Assembly (NCBI GenBank): GCA_013239625.1 | Contig: MU055269.1 | Span: 3,163,225-3,227,224, forward strand | From: Lama guanicoe | Lineage: Eukaryota | Reading direction: 5' to 3' | Length of the DNA: 64,000 bases | Part shown: positions 48,216-60,788 of the stretch, piece by piece | Layout: every line of letters begins with the position of its first letter | Numbering within the stretch: position 1 is the first letter of the stretch | Program-made: the position numbers and the translations under genes | Notes under the pieces: generated by a model | Told to the model about the DNA's origin: nothing | What the model saw: the letters and a program-made list of their open reading frames with translations, nothing else | Database searches by the model: none

Positions 48216-49879
48216 CTCCCCAACAGCCTTCCCACAGCACTCCCCCAGCCGGCGTCCAGCTCACGCTCTGCTGAGCCCTGGCTCCGTTACGGCCAGGAGA
48301 GTGCCACTGTTACTCATTCGACAAACACCTGCAACACAAAGTTGTGTCAGACACAAGAGCAGCCCCTGAATCAGCGCTCTCCTCGTGGAAATTCAGACGC
48401 TCAGCCTCCGGAGAGCCCGACTTGACTTCTCACGATGGAACACTTCACTTCCATTTTCATGCAACCCAGTCCAATCCCTGTATAACAAAGCCCATGCTGG
48501 AATGCTCTATATAACAAAACAATAACCTACTCCCAGCAGAGGGCGCAGTGATTTCAGACAGCGTTTGGTGGAGCAAAATTTCACAGGTACCCAGGGACAC
48601 TGAGCCCTGGGAGCTTGGGCGAGGAGGGCAGGGATTGCACAGTGGCTTGTTTTTTTGAAAGATCTTAATCTATTAAGGCTTGGAAATCAAGAAAGCAGAG
48701 ACACCGAAGGCAGAGGCACCGGCTCGGCTGACCACATCCATCACGGCTGGCACAGGCAGCCCATGAGGTGGCCGCCACTCCCGGGGCCGTGCATCCGGGC
48801 GGGAGCTCCGCGCTGCATCCTCTCAGCTGAGCGGACCTGGGACCTCAGGGCGGCTCTGCCACTGTTAACCCCTCCCCGGGCTCCAGAGACACGGCCAAGG
48901 ACGTGTTGGGTCGGCCCTAATTTGTTACGACCACGAACGCTTCCCACTTCCACCGGGTAGAAGGGAGAGCTCCAAACTCTCTCAGGAGACCTGGGCTCCA
49001 GACCTTCTTCCAGGAGCGACTCCAAGACCTCAGCTCGTCCGCCTGCCGTTAGAGTTCCCGAATCTGCAAAATGAAAACCACTTGGTGAGGTGTGAAGCCC
49101 CAGGCGGACCCGGCCCCCCACGGTCACGGCAGCCGCGCCCCCGGCCGCGCAGACCCTGCTGGTGTCCAGCCGGCCCCCCGCCCCCGGACACTCCTATGGC
49201 CTGGCTCTCGGTTAGAGGTCAGTTCTCACCAACTGCAGCTGAAGACACACCTAGCGCCTTCCCCCCCAGGGTTTACACACTTTACGGGAGGCTTTTGTTT
49301 TCACCTTTATGTCTAAAAAGCCTTGAGGTGTCGAATAAATGAACACCTGAAGAAATCATTTCAGCGAGGAGCGGAGCATAACGTGACATTTCCCGTTCAC
49401 AGGAGCGGGTTCAAGGAGCCGGTCTCCATCAGGACCAAATACTTCAGGGGACGGGAAGAAGGCCAGGGTAACGCACTCTCCCCGCAGTGAGTTTGCGCTT
49501 TATCGAAAAGCAGCGGGGGCCGGGGAGGAAGCCGAGATGACGCAGGCCGCGGGGGGCAGCGGGAGATAAACCCGTGAAAGGAGAAGCAGAGGCCTCAGGG
49601 AGCCCCGAGGGGTGAGTCACACCCGGGGGAGGCAGGAAGCTGGACAGCGGTCCCCGTCCAGCGTGAGGCCTGAGAGCGGGGAGGCTTCCCGAGTGGGGAT
49701 GGAGGGAGGGCCCGGGGGGGTGCAGAGACCCCGGCCTGGGTGGTGAGGCCCCTCCCACCCACCACTCAGACAGCAGCGTGAAAGCACGCCTCGGGCCTCG
49801 GGACTGCTGTCAGGAGTTCTCTGAGCCCAGCAAGTTGATGGAGGCAGAGGTGGGAAGCCTCCGAAATTAAAGATGACTT

Positions 49880-49970
49880 GGGGAGGGGGTACAGCTCAGA
49901 GGTAGGGCACATGCTCAGCACACACAAGGTCCTGGGATCAATCCCCAGTACCTCCACCAAAACAAAAAAA
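49880..49970 (+). mobile_element. Camelid Vic-1-type tRNA-derived SINE
   Basis: GGGGAGGGGGTACAGCTCAGAGGTAG (A box)..GGTCCTGGGATCAATCCCCAGTACCTCC (B box) plus A tail; TSD AAAGATGACT (49869-49878) / AAAGATGAAT (49969-49978). Confidence 0.9.
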
Positions 49971-51154
49971 AGATGAATGCAAAGTGCAACAGCAAGGTTT
50001 CATAAGACAGCCTCCTCGTCAAAAGGCCCCTCTAACTATTGACTTAGAAACTGACGCGCTTCCCTGTGCCGGTTTTCCCAAAGAATTCCGAGGGAAGGCC
50101 CCGTTCTGGTCAGCTTTCTCAGGCACTTCACGCACAAGGGCAGAGGCTCACAGGGACTCACTTCCTGCAGCGAAACCCTCAGGTCTGTATTTCACGTGCA
50201 CGCAACACACCCTCCTCCGCGGCGCACGGAGCGCGGGAAGTCCTTCCCTCCGCACCTGCGGACGTCAGTGACACCCATTTGCAGATTTCAGGGAATTGCA
50301 CCAACTCTCAGCAGCCCTTAAAGGTGCTCAGTTCATCCCCAGCTCCCCGTTAGGGTGATTCCCGGAGGGACGCCACTGTTTGCAGCAGGAGTGGCGAAGT
50401 TTCATCCGGACAGGTGTCAGAAGACACGCGTCCATGCCAAGGCACAAAGGCAGGCGCGAGGACCCACGGCGAGGGCACGCGGTCATGAAGGAGCCCGTAC
50501 GGCTAGGGGGGAAATGGTCGCAAGTATTTTCGCTGCAATTTGCATTGTGGTTTATATGATTCACCGGTTCTCATTCAAGTCACCAAAAATACAACCGAGA
50601 ATGTTACACTAATTGGAACATTAATAATGCATTTCTGGCTAAACGATGTCCTTGAGATTTCAGAGAAGTTTCAGAAATGCCTGGCGAAAGGGGTCCCTGT
50701 AACCAGACAGGCGAGCCCCTCATCACATACTCATTTGAATGGATTTCTCCTTCTGAGGGTCCGTGGGCCCTCGGTAAATGGGAGGATAAAGCAAATGCAT
50801 CCATGTGAACTGGTTTCATCAGCACCTCTTGCCCCTCCAAGTGCGGGAGTGACGCTCCATGATCCTCCCTCAGGAGCCATTTCAATCACTTCTGGTCCAT
50901 GTGCCTAGCATCCCTGAGGGATTGCAGCACTATCAAAGCGAAACACTTACATGACCCAGAGCAGTCCACCAATGAGAAGGACTCTTCAGAGTTTCCTTCT
51001 TCTCAGAGGCCATAATACCTAGAAGTTTATCCCAAAAAATAGGGACACATCACGAGCATCGTCTCGTCTCTGAGAGCAGGCAGTCCTCAGCGCTCCGAGC
51101 CCCGTCCCGGCCGCTTCTGTGCTTGGCCTTCTGGTGTGTTATTTTCAGCCTCAA

Positions 51155-51265
51155 GCTTTCGTGAGTTCTCTGAGGACAGAGACCTCATCTGAAGGTTCCC
51201 TGGAGGGCCTGACATGACCAGAGCATGAAGGGTCCCGTCGGGACAGCTGCTTCAGTGGGTGGAAG
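51155..51265 (+). mobile_element. Possible L2 3' end fragment
   Basis: GTGAGTTCTCTGAGGACAGAGACCTCATCT..GGGCCTGACATGACCAGAGCAT resembles the L2 terminus. Confidence 0.35.
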
Positions 51266-52597
51266 CCGAGCCCAGTGTCCGGTTCCTACCTGAGAACGCA
51301 GGCTGGTGGGAAATTCCAGTTCTCGTCCCTCAAAGTCCAACCCCTTCTTCCTCCTCAGGGACGCCCTGATTTTCAGATGGGCCTAGACTTTGCAAACATT
51401 CCTCCTGACATACTATTTTGAGTCAAACCAGTTTGACTTGTACGTTTTTCTTTCAACGTTCAGGACTATGTCACCGACTCATGTAAGATGAAGGGAGGCC
51501 GTGTACCTGCCGGAAGCGGCTACAGGCCGTAGAGCATCTTTATGGAGCAAAACACTGAAGATCCAGTGACAGACTACAGAAGCGTCTGGGGGCATCACCG
51601 TGAAGCCACGAGAGGACACGTAGAAAGCTGCTCACGGACATGGGTGGCGAGGGCCCAACACCAGGCCGAACGGTGTCCCCGAAGCAGATGCCCAGCAAAT
51701 TGAACAGAAGGTGCCGTCAAAATTACATGCCAGAAATTTCCCTTGAAATAAAGATGTAGATTTGGGGGATCAGTAGAGCTCAGTCCAGGAACACGAGACA
51801 CGTGACATTCACCACCGAGGAGAGAGCCGTCGCCTTTGCCGCCCCCATGGCCTCCTAAAGCCGGGGCTACATTTCCCGGGTTGCCTTCCCTGACCCTTAC
51901 TGAGTCCGAGGGGGTGAGTGTGCGGTGAGCAGAGCTGAGGGACGGGAGGAGGAGAGGCCGCCGTCTGAGAGGCCTGCACATAGGCTGGCCGCCGCAGATG
52001 TCCCGGTGATGGCTCGCCTCCTGCTCACCGCAACCAGCCCTGCTGGTTTCTTCACCTCTCTGCAGACTCAGCTGCCTCACTGCCTGCGGCGCACAAGGGT
52101 CCAAATCCACAGGCCAGCAGGTGGGTCCTAAGAGACACTTTGACTCAGGTCTGCCAGGCCCCATGCTGTCGCGATCTGCCGGCTCACCTGGTTCCCATGG
52201 TGACAGCATCCCCAGCTCAGCTCAGACCTCCTCCTCTGCCCCTGTGCCCACACCCGGGCGGGTGTGAGCCCACGGGCACCGGGTGTCAAAGCTGGAGGCT
52301 TGGAGGTGATGAGAAAGCGCTCGGGTCTGGGTTCATCCTCATGCTTTCCAGACGATACATCCAGGTTCCCGTCTCCTTTGTGTCCCCATGTCCCATCCAT
52401 CTGTCCTTCCTAACTGCCTGTCTGGCCAACCTCAGGCTCTGACGCCAGGTGCAGAAGGAACAGCCCTTCTTGGCACCGTGTCATCAGCTCCACAAGTGCT
52501 GCAATTAGTCTTATTAGCACAAAACAGGTCACCCAACCTCGAGATTCTGTAATATCTTCTTGATCCACGTCAATGCTTACCAAAAAATCCAGAACAA

Positions 52598-53024
52598 AGA
52601 TCCAAAACGCGGAAACAACCCAAATGCCACCAGCTCCTGAGTGGGTGGCGGTTCACCTACACGATGGGGTGATTATTCTTCAGCAAAAAAGTAAAAAGGG
52701 ACAAAGCGCTGATAAACATCGCCAAGCGGATGAACTCTGAGAACCTGGCGCTGCGTCGAGGGGTCAGCCGCAAGAAGCCCACATGGCCTGCGGTTCCACT
52801 TCTGTGAACTGCCCAGGACCGGCCAGTCGACAGAGAGCTGGGGGCTGCCAGGGGCCAGGGGCCGGGGTGAGGAGCAGTGACAGGTAAGATGTGGGTCTCT
52901 TTGGGGTGACGAGAGTGCACGTTCTCAGCCTGTGGTGACAGGAATCTGTGGATGTGCTAAAACCACGGAACCACACACGCTCAGGGCTGACGGAGGATGC
53001 GGGTCACACCTCATAAAGCTGTTG
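52598..53024 (+). mobile_element. L1MB-type 3' end, strongly GC-shifted
   Basis: CCAAAACGCGGAAACAACCCAAATG..ATTATTCTTCAGCAAAAAA..GGATGAACTCTGAGAAC..GCTGCCAGGGGC..GGGTCTCTTTGGGGTGACGAGAGTG..TGTGGATGTGCTAAAACCAC..CACCTCATAAAGCTGTT is collinear with the L1MB 3' end. Confidence 0.8.
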
Positions 53025-54379
53025 CTGAGGTAACAATAAACCCCGACTCTCCCACAGCCTCGCAGGGCGACCGTTATCAGCTGACCTGCAGCCACGCGGC
53101 CTGTCTGGAATGCGCGGCAAGCGAGCTTCCTCATGCATTAAACATAGGCCTGGAAACGCCGCTGACGGGCGCCTGGAAGGAGCGCAGGTGTTACCATCAC
53201 CCAGGTGAGAGCTGTACAAGGTAACAACCGGACGGTTCACTGAAGCAGCAAATGGGTCGTCTGGGAGCACGGGCAGTCCCCGCAGGGCGCCGGGTCCTGA
53301 GAGCCCGGGAGGCAGGGACCCCGCACAGGCCGCGCCAAACACAGACGCGCTGTGGCCCAGTGTGCACACCGGCCCCCGGCGTCGCCCCGGCGCATGGAGG
53401 ACTTGGGAGCCAGGAGGCAGCGGGTCCCGCTCTGTCTGACAGGCAGCTGGTCCATACAAAGAAGGATAAAATGAGCAACGGGAACTCTCTGACTTCATCA
53501 AATCTGGGCGCATGGTGCACCACCATCTTCTACGAAGGCCGATTTGGCCTCCCCTGGGCGCCACCCCCGGGCGGAAGCGGAGAGCCGGGCAGAGGCTCGG
53601 GCCACTTGGCCACCGGGGTGCACGCCGGCTGCTAGGCGCTGCCCGCAGCCCCGCGCCCTCCGAGCCCTCAGTGGACCTGCAGCCCCAGGGGGAGAGGACA
53701 GAGAAAGGGCAGCGGCTTCTGCCTGGTAGACGCGTCTGAATCCCGCTCGGGGGCGTGGGCATGGTGTGGACGCTGAGAAAGGTCCATGAGCTTCTTTGCT
53801 GTGACCAGGGACAAGAGTCAGGTGACTGAGGAGAGGCAGAGGGGTGCGCTGAGGACGCAGGCACGGGGCGCGGGGCACGCCCGATGGCCGTGTGCCCCAG
53901 GGGAGAACGCAAGGGCCCGCGAGGAGGAGTGGAGGCGAGGCCGCGGGGCGCCTGCCCCGTTCCGCCTGACGGCCTGCCGTCCCTGAGCAGCTGCAGCGAG
54001 GCTCTGGTCTGACCTGCGGGCGGGCCCTCCGCCCGCCCACTTGCTCTGAACCAGAGTCCATGCGCCGCGGGAGAGAGTCGACGCTGGAGGAAATGAGAGA
54101 AAAGACGGAGCCCCCGGCACTGCTTTCCTCCGACAGTCAGGCTGTGCCCCGGGACACGGCCTCCCCGGTAAGATGGTTGCCCCGAAGGCGTCGGTCCAGA
54201 GCCGTGGGCACACTGGTGTGAAGGGGCTAAGTCAGCAGGCGTTGGGGATTTTAGCAGAGGCGGCACTGACATGAGACCCACCGGCACTGTCACCGACCTC
54301 TGATCCCACGTTCGACAGGGTCTCTAACCTCCCAACCAGGGAGCAGGCCCACAGCAGTCCCTGCTGATGACCAGCGAGC

Positions 54380-54487
54380 TGCCTGACCGCCTGGCTGACC
54401 GATGTTTGCGACTGACTGACCGTCAGGCTCACTAGTCAGACTAGCGAGCCACCCAGGCTGACTGCCCGTCGGGGCCGGCTGACCGCC
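54380..54487. repeat. Decayed (CTGA/CTGACCG)n low-complexity repeat
   Basis: Recurrent CTGACC/CTGACT units. Confidence 0.5.
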
Positions 54488-56138
54488 GGGACGAGCGCCT
54501 GTGCGGGGCCGGCTGCCGGTGTCGGGGCTTCTCAGCCACCCTCCGGATCGGGCACCCTTTCCCTGATGCTCACACCCGAGGCCGCGGGCCCGCGGGCCCG
54601 ACGTCGCAGAGGTGGTCCAGGCGCATTAGTTAGCAAAGGGGCGTGTCTCTGGTTCTGAAAACCTCATTCTAAAGAAGCCGGTTTACTTCAGGACTTCACA
54701 CATTTCCGCACAGCCTTCCCCTCCACTCGTCTGTACTCCAGCGTGTCAGCAAGCATGGAACTCAAGGCACCCCACACAGCTGGCCTGCATCGCGCGGGGC
54801 CTCTTCCGCGAGCTGCAGAACGAACACTTTCCTCTGCTCCGCATTTGGCTGATAGACGTTGCTGTGAGCACTGGGGAGTGTGGTTAAAAATGATCCTCTT
54901 TCATTGCAGAGTCTTTAATTTCATGTTTGAGCTCCGCATAAAAATAGCTTGTAATTGCTTTTTGACAGTAATAAGCCTAAGATTGTGACTCAAAATTCTG
55001 AGATATTATGTCCCTTTGTAATTGTATTCAATGAAAATATAGCTCAGTATGGAACTTGCAAAAAACCCAGCTTGTGCAGCTCTTACAGTCCTCTGACACC
55101 CTTAAAGTTGCAGCGGAAGTTGGCGCACAGGGGGTCCGTGCAGGGTCCAGGCTTGCTTTCTAAGGAAGGTCGCTCCCCCCAAGAGCAGAGCCATCACTGC
55201 AGAAGCTCAGCAGGGAGGGAGGTGGTTTGGAACCTCCACCATGTCTGCGCGCCGGGGAGCCAGCAGCGGCCGGAGCTCTCACTCCGACTTCAGCCCAAGG
55301 AGAAGCCGATCGGAGGCTACGTCCTGCGAAAAAGTGTGTGACGTGAATGAGATGAGGTCAGAGGTTAAAAGCGAAAAGTATGGGATGCTTTCCAAGCACA
55401 AACTGAGAGCACTGCTGCTCTGAGCCCACAGACAGGCCCCCAGAGTTCGTGGGAGGTCCTGAAAATCGAGCAATGTGCTCTTGAGGGCAGCAGGGATCAG
55501 AATATTCCAGAAACTGGAGCAAGGACTCTGTTAATGAAGTTCCGTGAACATCAGCTCTGCACAGACTTTTCCTTTAATCTTTGATTGTCACGTTTCCTCC
55601 GTAAAACATGGGGACCCAAATGTCTCCCCTTTACCTTCCACTGGGACCCCGGGAGGCCCCAGAACTGGACCCTGCTGCTCTCAGTTGCGTTAGATCCACA
55701 ACCCTCCCACCTTCTAGCAGCAAGAAATAACAGAAGTCTTCAGAAGCAGGCTGTCATCTGGAAGCGAGGGGAGAGGGGTGTCTGCAGCTGAAGTCCGGGG
55801 ATAAAGCACAACTAAACAGTGTTTTCATGGCCAGGGCCTCAGCTGGGACGGGCTGGTCCTCCTCCGACGTCTCATCTCGAAGCCTCGGGATCTGTGGTGC
55901 ATGTTTCAGACTAGGCCCGACGAGCAGGACTCCAGACCGCCGGTCACTGTCACTGGAAACTGAACAGGACAACCAAGGCGCTTCTTTCTAGGCTTCAGGT
56001 CAGCCCGAGGCCCTCCCGTGCTCTCCCCGCGGTGATGCAGGTGCACCACCTCCCCGACGGCCCCTGGGACGCCGCTCGGGGGAGCTGCTCTCCCCACACC
56101 ACTCCGCCCCCTACTAGTGTCCAGCCACGTGGAATATT

Positions 56139-56215
56139 CTAGAACACGCTGTTCCTGTCACTCCACCTGCTCAGAACCTTTCCATGGCTCCCGCGGTCCT
56201 CAGGGCTCCGTCCCA
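56139..56215 (+). mobile_element. L2 fragment
   Basis: CTAGAACACGCTGTTCCTGTCACTCCACCTGCTCAGAACCTTTCCATGGCTCCC..CCTCAGGG matches the L2 motif TGTCACTCCCCTGCTTAAAACCCTTCAATGGCTCCC. Confidence 0.6.
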
Positions 56216-56845
56216 GCGGACGGCACAGTCTCACGTCCGCTCCTCACTCACGTGACACGTGAAGCAGCAGGTCACGGTGCTCCCCCCTCCCGTGCCCGCT
56301 GTCCCCTCGCCCTGGGGCTGAAGTGTGGGCGGGCCGGGCAGAGAGCGGGCTCTGACTCAGACTGTCAGGGTCCAAAGGCCCCACCTTGCTAGTGAGTGAC
56401 CGCGGACAAGGTACACCGCCCGTGTGCCCATCCTGGGCACATCAGGCACCAGCTGGTAAGGGTGACCGTTGCTGACGTGTAGAATGTGGTCCGACTGGCC
56501 GGCAAAGCCACCTGGGCAGCCCCGACCCACCTGAGGGGGAAGCAGGTGAAGCCGGCTGTCGCCCTGGTGCAGGAGGGGCCCCACGGTGGGCATCTGCCTC
56601 CCTGGCCTACAGACCCCGGGGGCCTGGTGTACCCACGAAACTTCACTGCTCCAAACATAAACGCCCCACTGTCCCAGGATCTGTTGCCGTCAAAGGCCCA
56701 AGACCCCAGCCTTCCCCTCAGCCCTGCCTGCGCTCAGCCTGGCTGCACGTGGTCTCTGTGGAGGCAGCCTCGATGCGGCATCGCGACTGCGAGGGCTCCT
56801 GGACGGGCAGGCAGTGGAGTGGCTTGGGCGGGGCCTGGTGTGGGC

Positions 56846-56846
<1 letters not shown>

Positions 56847-56884
<38 letters not shown>

Positions 56885-56940
56885 GGTTTGGATGTGTCGG
56901 GGGGTGGATGTGTGCGGATGTGTGTGTGTGTGTGGATGTG
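56847..56940. repeat. (TG)n microsatellite, compound
   Basis: Pure (TG)n at 56847-56876 followed by interrupted copies. Confidence 0.95.
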
Positions 56941-57455
56941 GGGGTGCCTTTTCTTTGGGGGACCAGGGCAGGAGCCCTGGAACTGCCTCTCACAACATGA
57001 CAGCCCCCTGAGGGGCACTGACCAGGCACGAGGTCCAGGGGCCACATCGGCACCAGATGGACGTTTGAGGCAGGTGGTGACCAGAGCTGCGACCCCTGCC
57101 CTGGGTTTTCGCCCAGCCGGTGTATGAGTCACTGTCACGCAGAATGAGCAAGGCGATGAGGGAACACCTGAGGTTTTCAGCAGCAGATTCAAACCCCAGC
57201 CAGAAACAGCAAGCTCACCCACGGGCCCGGTGCTGGAAGGAGACACACAGACTGACCCTCCAGAGCCTCGGGGCCGCAGCGTCACTGTCACTAGCTCAGG
57301 GAACACCACTGTGTCCTGCAAAGGGAGTCAGAGTCACAGGGGCCTCAGTGTCCAGACCCAGTGACAGGACAGCAGCATGCAGCGGCCTGTCCACCGAGAA
57401 GCCGTTTCACAGCACGCTCCCCACCTACCAACGGAGATAACACCAAGATGATCTG

Positions 57456-57592
57456 TTTTTAATTTATTTATATTTATGTGGGGGAAGTAATTTATTTACC
57501 TCATTTATTTATTTTTAGAGGGAGTGCTGGGGACTGAGCCCAGGACCTCGGCAGGCCTAGCAAGTGCTCTACCCCGAGCTGTCCCCTCCCCT
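57456..57592 (-). mobile_element. Camelid Vic-1-type SINE, antisense
   Basis: T/TTTA tail, GGGGAAGTAATT internal tail motif, then GTGCTGGGGACTGAGCCCAGGACCTC..GCTCTACCCCGAGCTGTCCCCTCCCC, the reverse complement of the SINE head at 49880. Confidence 0.88.
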
Positions 57593-59917
57593 CAAAGGAG
57601 ACTGCACAGCCTGAACCTGGGAAGGACAGAGGGACACGAGAAGTGTCCTACGGGCAAGGAAGACCCAGCGAACACGGACCAACCCCTTCAGTCCCCGCAC
57701 CCTGGGCTGCGGGCAGACTCCCCGCTGTCACCGCGGGCTGGGCGTCCCGGAAACAGAGCAAGTGTGGGGACGAACAGCACAGGACGTGGAAGCTCCGACA
57801 GCGCCTTCAGTGAGAGGCAAACCAAATGTTGGCAGTTTAGCCAGAAATCGGGGAAGCGTGGTGTGAAACAGTACAAACGAACAGAAACTATTTAAAACGT
57901 AAAAACTGTGCTGAAGAAAACAGGACGAACACGACTGAGGTGTGCGGGATCTGGGGGGCCGCCATGGGAGCGGGGACATCACGGTGGCTTCAGTCTGTCC
58001 CAGTGACATCTGGGGATAGTCGTTCACTTTGGGAACAAATCAGAGAAGGAAAACCAAAGTTTAGCAGGTGTGACATATTGATGTCAATTTGGTTAGAAAA
58101 AAAAACTTGGGAGAGAAATGTAAATGGCTCAGTGAGGAGCAACCAGAAAAGCTGTGCTACCATAACATGAGTGAGTCTCTGGGGCAGGACCCCCCACCCG
58201 ACAGGAGGTCGGGTGCAGCCGCCAGGCCGGCAGACGGCGGGGATGAATCTGAGCCCCCACGTCGGCACCGGACGCCAGAACCTTCTTGAGAAAGGCTGTT
58301 CGTCTGCTTAATTGTCTTCTCGGGGAAGAAGAAAGAAGTCCGTCATTTCCACCAGCTTTGACGTGGACCAAATGAGCCCTAAGACCAGACTCCGGAAGAA
58401 TCTGGCACGTGAGCCTGGGGGCCGGACCCGTCACCTTCGGTTCTTTTCCGTCGCCGGTGGCTCCGCTGCTGTTTCATGGCGCTGACGTCTCTCCCTCCTG
58501 CAGCTCAGGACGCCCCGCGCTTGCTTAGGACCAAGGACTGCAAGTTGTGCTTAAGGACACAAAATAGAGGGTCCGGGAGGGCATCCTGTTTGAAGGAGAG
58601 ATTGCTTTCCGTCTGTTCACTTTTTGGTGACTGAGGTCTCCTTTCAAGGTGTTCCTATCGGGGATGGTAATAAAATATTTGATGCGTGTGTCTGTGGTTG
58701 GTCTACAATTAGACATCCAGGTGACGTGGAACTCAAAACAATATAAATTCTAGTCTTTTTTTAATTTAACATTTTCCTTAATTTCTGCCACCATATTGAT
58801 CTTTTCCACAGTCTGTTGGGCTTTTATGATATTAAACTGAGTTTAAAAGACGGTTTCTATACTAAAACGTACGAGAAACACATTTGGGTGACGTGCACCA
58901 ACATTCCGCAGCCTCAGCATCGCGCAGCTGCGTATTATAAACCTGAAGTTCTGTCGATGTTTAGGATACAATGTAACTCACGGATGAAAACAGATCTAGC
59001 ATGTACATAATAAATCTGCTTTTAACGTTTTTTTTAATCATTGTTACTGTTTTCCAGGAATTTGAAGCTCCTACGGTTCCGTGCAAGTAACTCGTCATGA
59101 ACTTTGGTGGGAAGCTACCACCCCCGGGGATGGAGAGGCGTTTGAGACCGTGATGCCTGGGCCCGGGCATCCGCCCTTGGGACAACGGCCCGGAGGGCAG
59201 GATGGGCGCTGGGTCGGCTCCTTCCCATCACAGCCAAGTCGGCTGCTGCCACTGCTGTCACTCCTCCTGTTCCTCCCCACCCCCCGCAGAGCTTCACTGC
59301 AAAGAGGTGCCTGATGAATTTACAGAGTGATTAACTACTGATCTCCTTAGCTACTCCCACAAGCGCAGAAAGCACCACTCTTTTTTAAAATATATGGGGC
59401 ATCCAGATGGGAGGCAACCCGCATCCAGCACGGGCTGCCAGCCGCCCTCACTCCCCTAGACCCACAATGGGGGAGCAGGGGTGGTGGGACTCAGCGTGGA
59501 CCTCATTAGGTGCCAGAATGATGATACCTGGTGACACAAAGCGCCTGGGCCCCAGTGTGGATGGAGGCCCAGAGCAGGACAGGGCAGGAGCTGAGACCCC
59601 AGAGTGGCCCAGAGAGAACCTGCACGGGGCCCCTCCTGCCCTGACATCGGCCCGGACGGACAGTGACAGGGGTGCAGGGCTGCAGCAGGCGGGCTAAGAG
59701 AGGGCAGGGGCACCCTCCCCAGGCACCCCTCTGGCCACACGCACTGGGCAGCCGTATCAAAGAGTGACCATGCCCGGGTCAGACCTGCGGGCTGAGGTTC
59801 CAGGAAGCCCTGGGGTCTCCCCAGCTGGGCTCCCATCACCCCAAGTCTCCGGGAAGAGGTCTGCCTTGTTTTGATCCCCGGGACCACCTGAGGCGTGTGC
59901 ACCCCCGAGAACAACTT

Positions 59918-60140
59918 CACTGCTGTATAGCGTGGGGAACTACACTCAGTTTCTTGTAATGAACCAGAATGGGACAGACACTGAGAATACATATACATGT
60001 ATGTGTGTGTACACCTGAGTCACTTTGCTGGCCACTTGAAACTAGCATTGTAAATCAACTACACTTCAGGAAGAAAAGAATATTTTAAAATACTTTTAAA
60101 AATTAAGAATAAACTTTAAAAAATAAAATAAATAAAATTT
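59918..60140 (+). mobile_element. Artiodactyl L1 3' UTR fragment with A-rich tail
   Basis: CTGCTGTATAGCGTGGGGAACTACACTCAGTTTCTTGTAAT..CTGAGTCACTTTGCTG..TGTAAATCAACTACACTTCA. Confidence 0.85.
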
Positions 60141-60788
60141 ACAAAAGGAGCCATTTTGGGAAAACGCTCACTGCTGGGCTCTCCAGCCAATGTCTCATCA
60201 TCTGTCTGCAGGATGTGCTTCAAGTGGAGACAAAATTCTACCTGAATATCACTTTGAAATTAAAGTTTCCAGAGCCTTACGTTGAAATTTATGTCAAATT
60301 AATTTCTGGAACTCAATGAAGCTTAAAATGAATTCATAATGAGGTGCACTTAAGACGTACACATGGGGGTTTGGTGGGGCTGATCAAAGAGGTCCCCTTC
60401 CTGCCATTAACTCTAATTTCCTGATTATGACACATCTTACCTCAGCACAACACATAATCTAAGAAATGATATGCTTCTGCAATTACCGTACATGCAGAAC
60501 ATGAGCAGACGGAAGGTGAATATTGCTACATTATTATTATCATTATTAGTTAATTGCACATCAACAATGTGCACACTTACATGGGACAGAATGAAGAGAG
60601 AGGTCCAGTGTTGGAGATTTATATTTTCATCCAGACATACTTATAATTCCAGTATAACACGTGCAAAACCTGAGAAAATGATTTTCTCAAAAGCGCCAGG
60701 CTTCCTGCACTGTGTGCCGACGGTTCCTGACGATGCCGTCACACTTCCGGGTGTCAACAGAGTGATACTTAAGAAATTCTTCTTTCCA

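Noticed and set aside
49880-49957. tRNA gene
   Set aside because: The A/B boxes belong to a SINE head with an A tail and TSD
53004-54293. 429-aa minus-strand ORF, the longest in the window
   Set aside because: GC-shadow composition, GTG start, ends within an L1 remnant, no recognisable protein family
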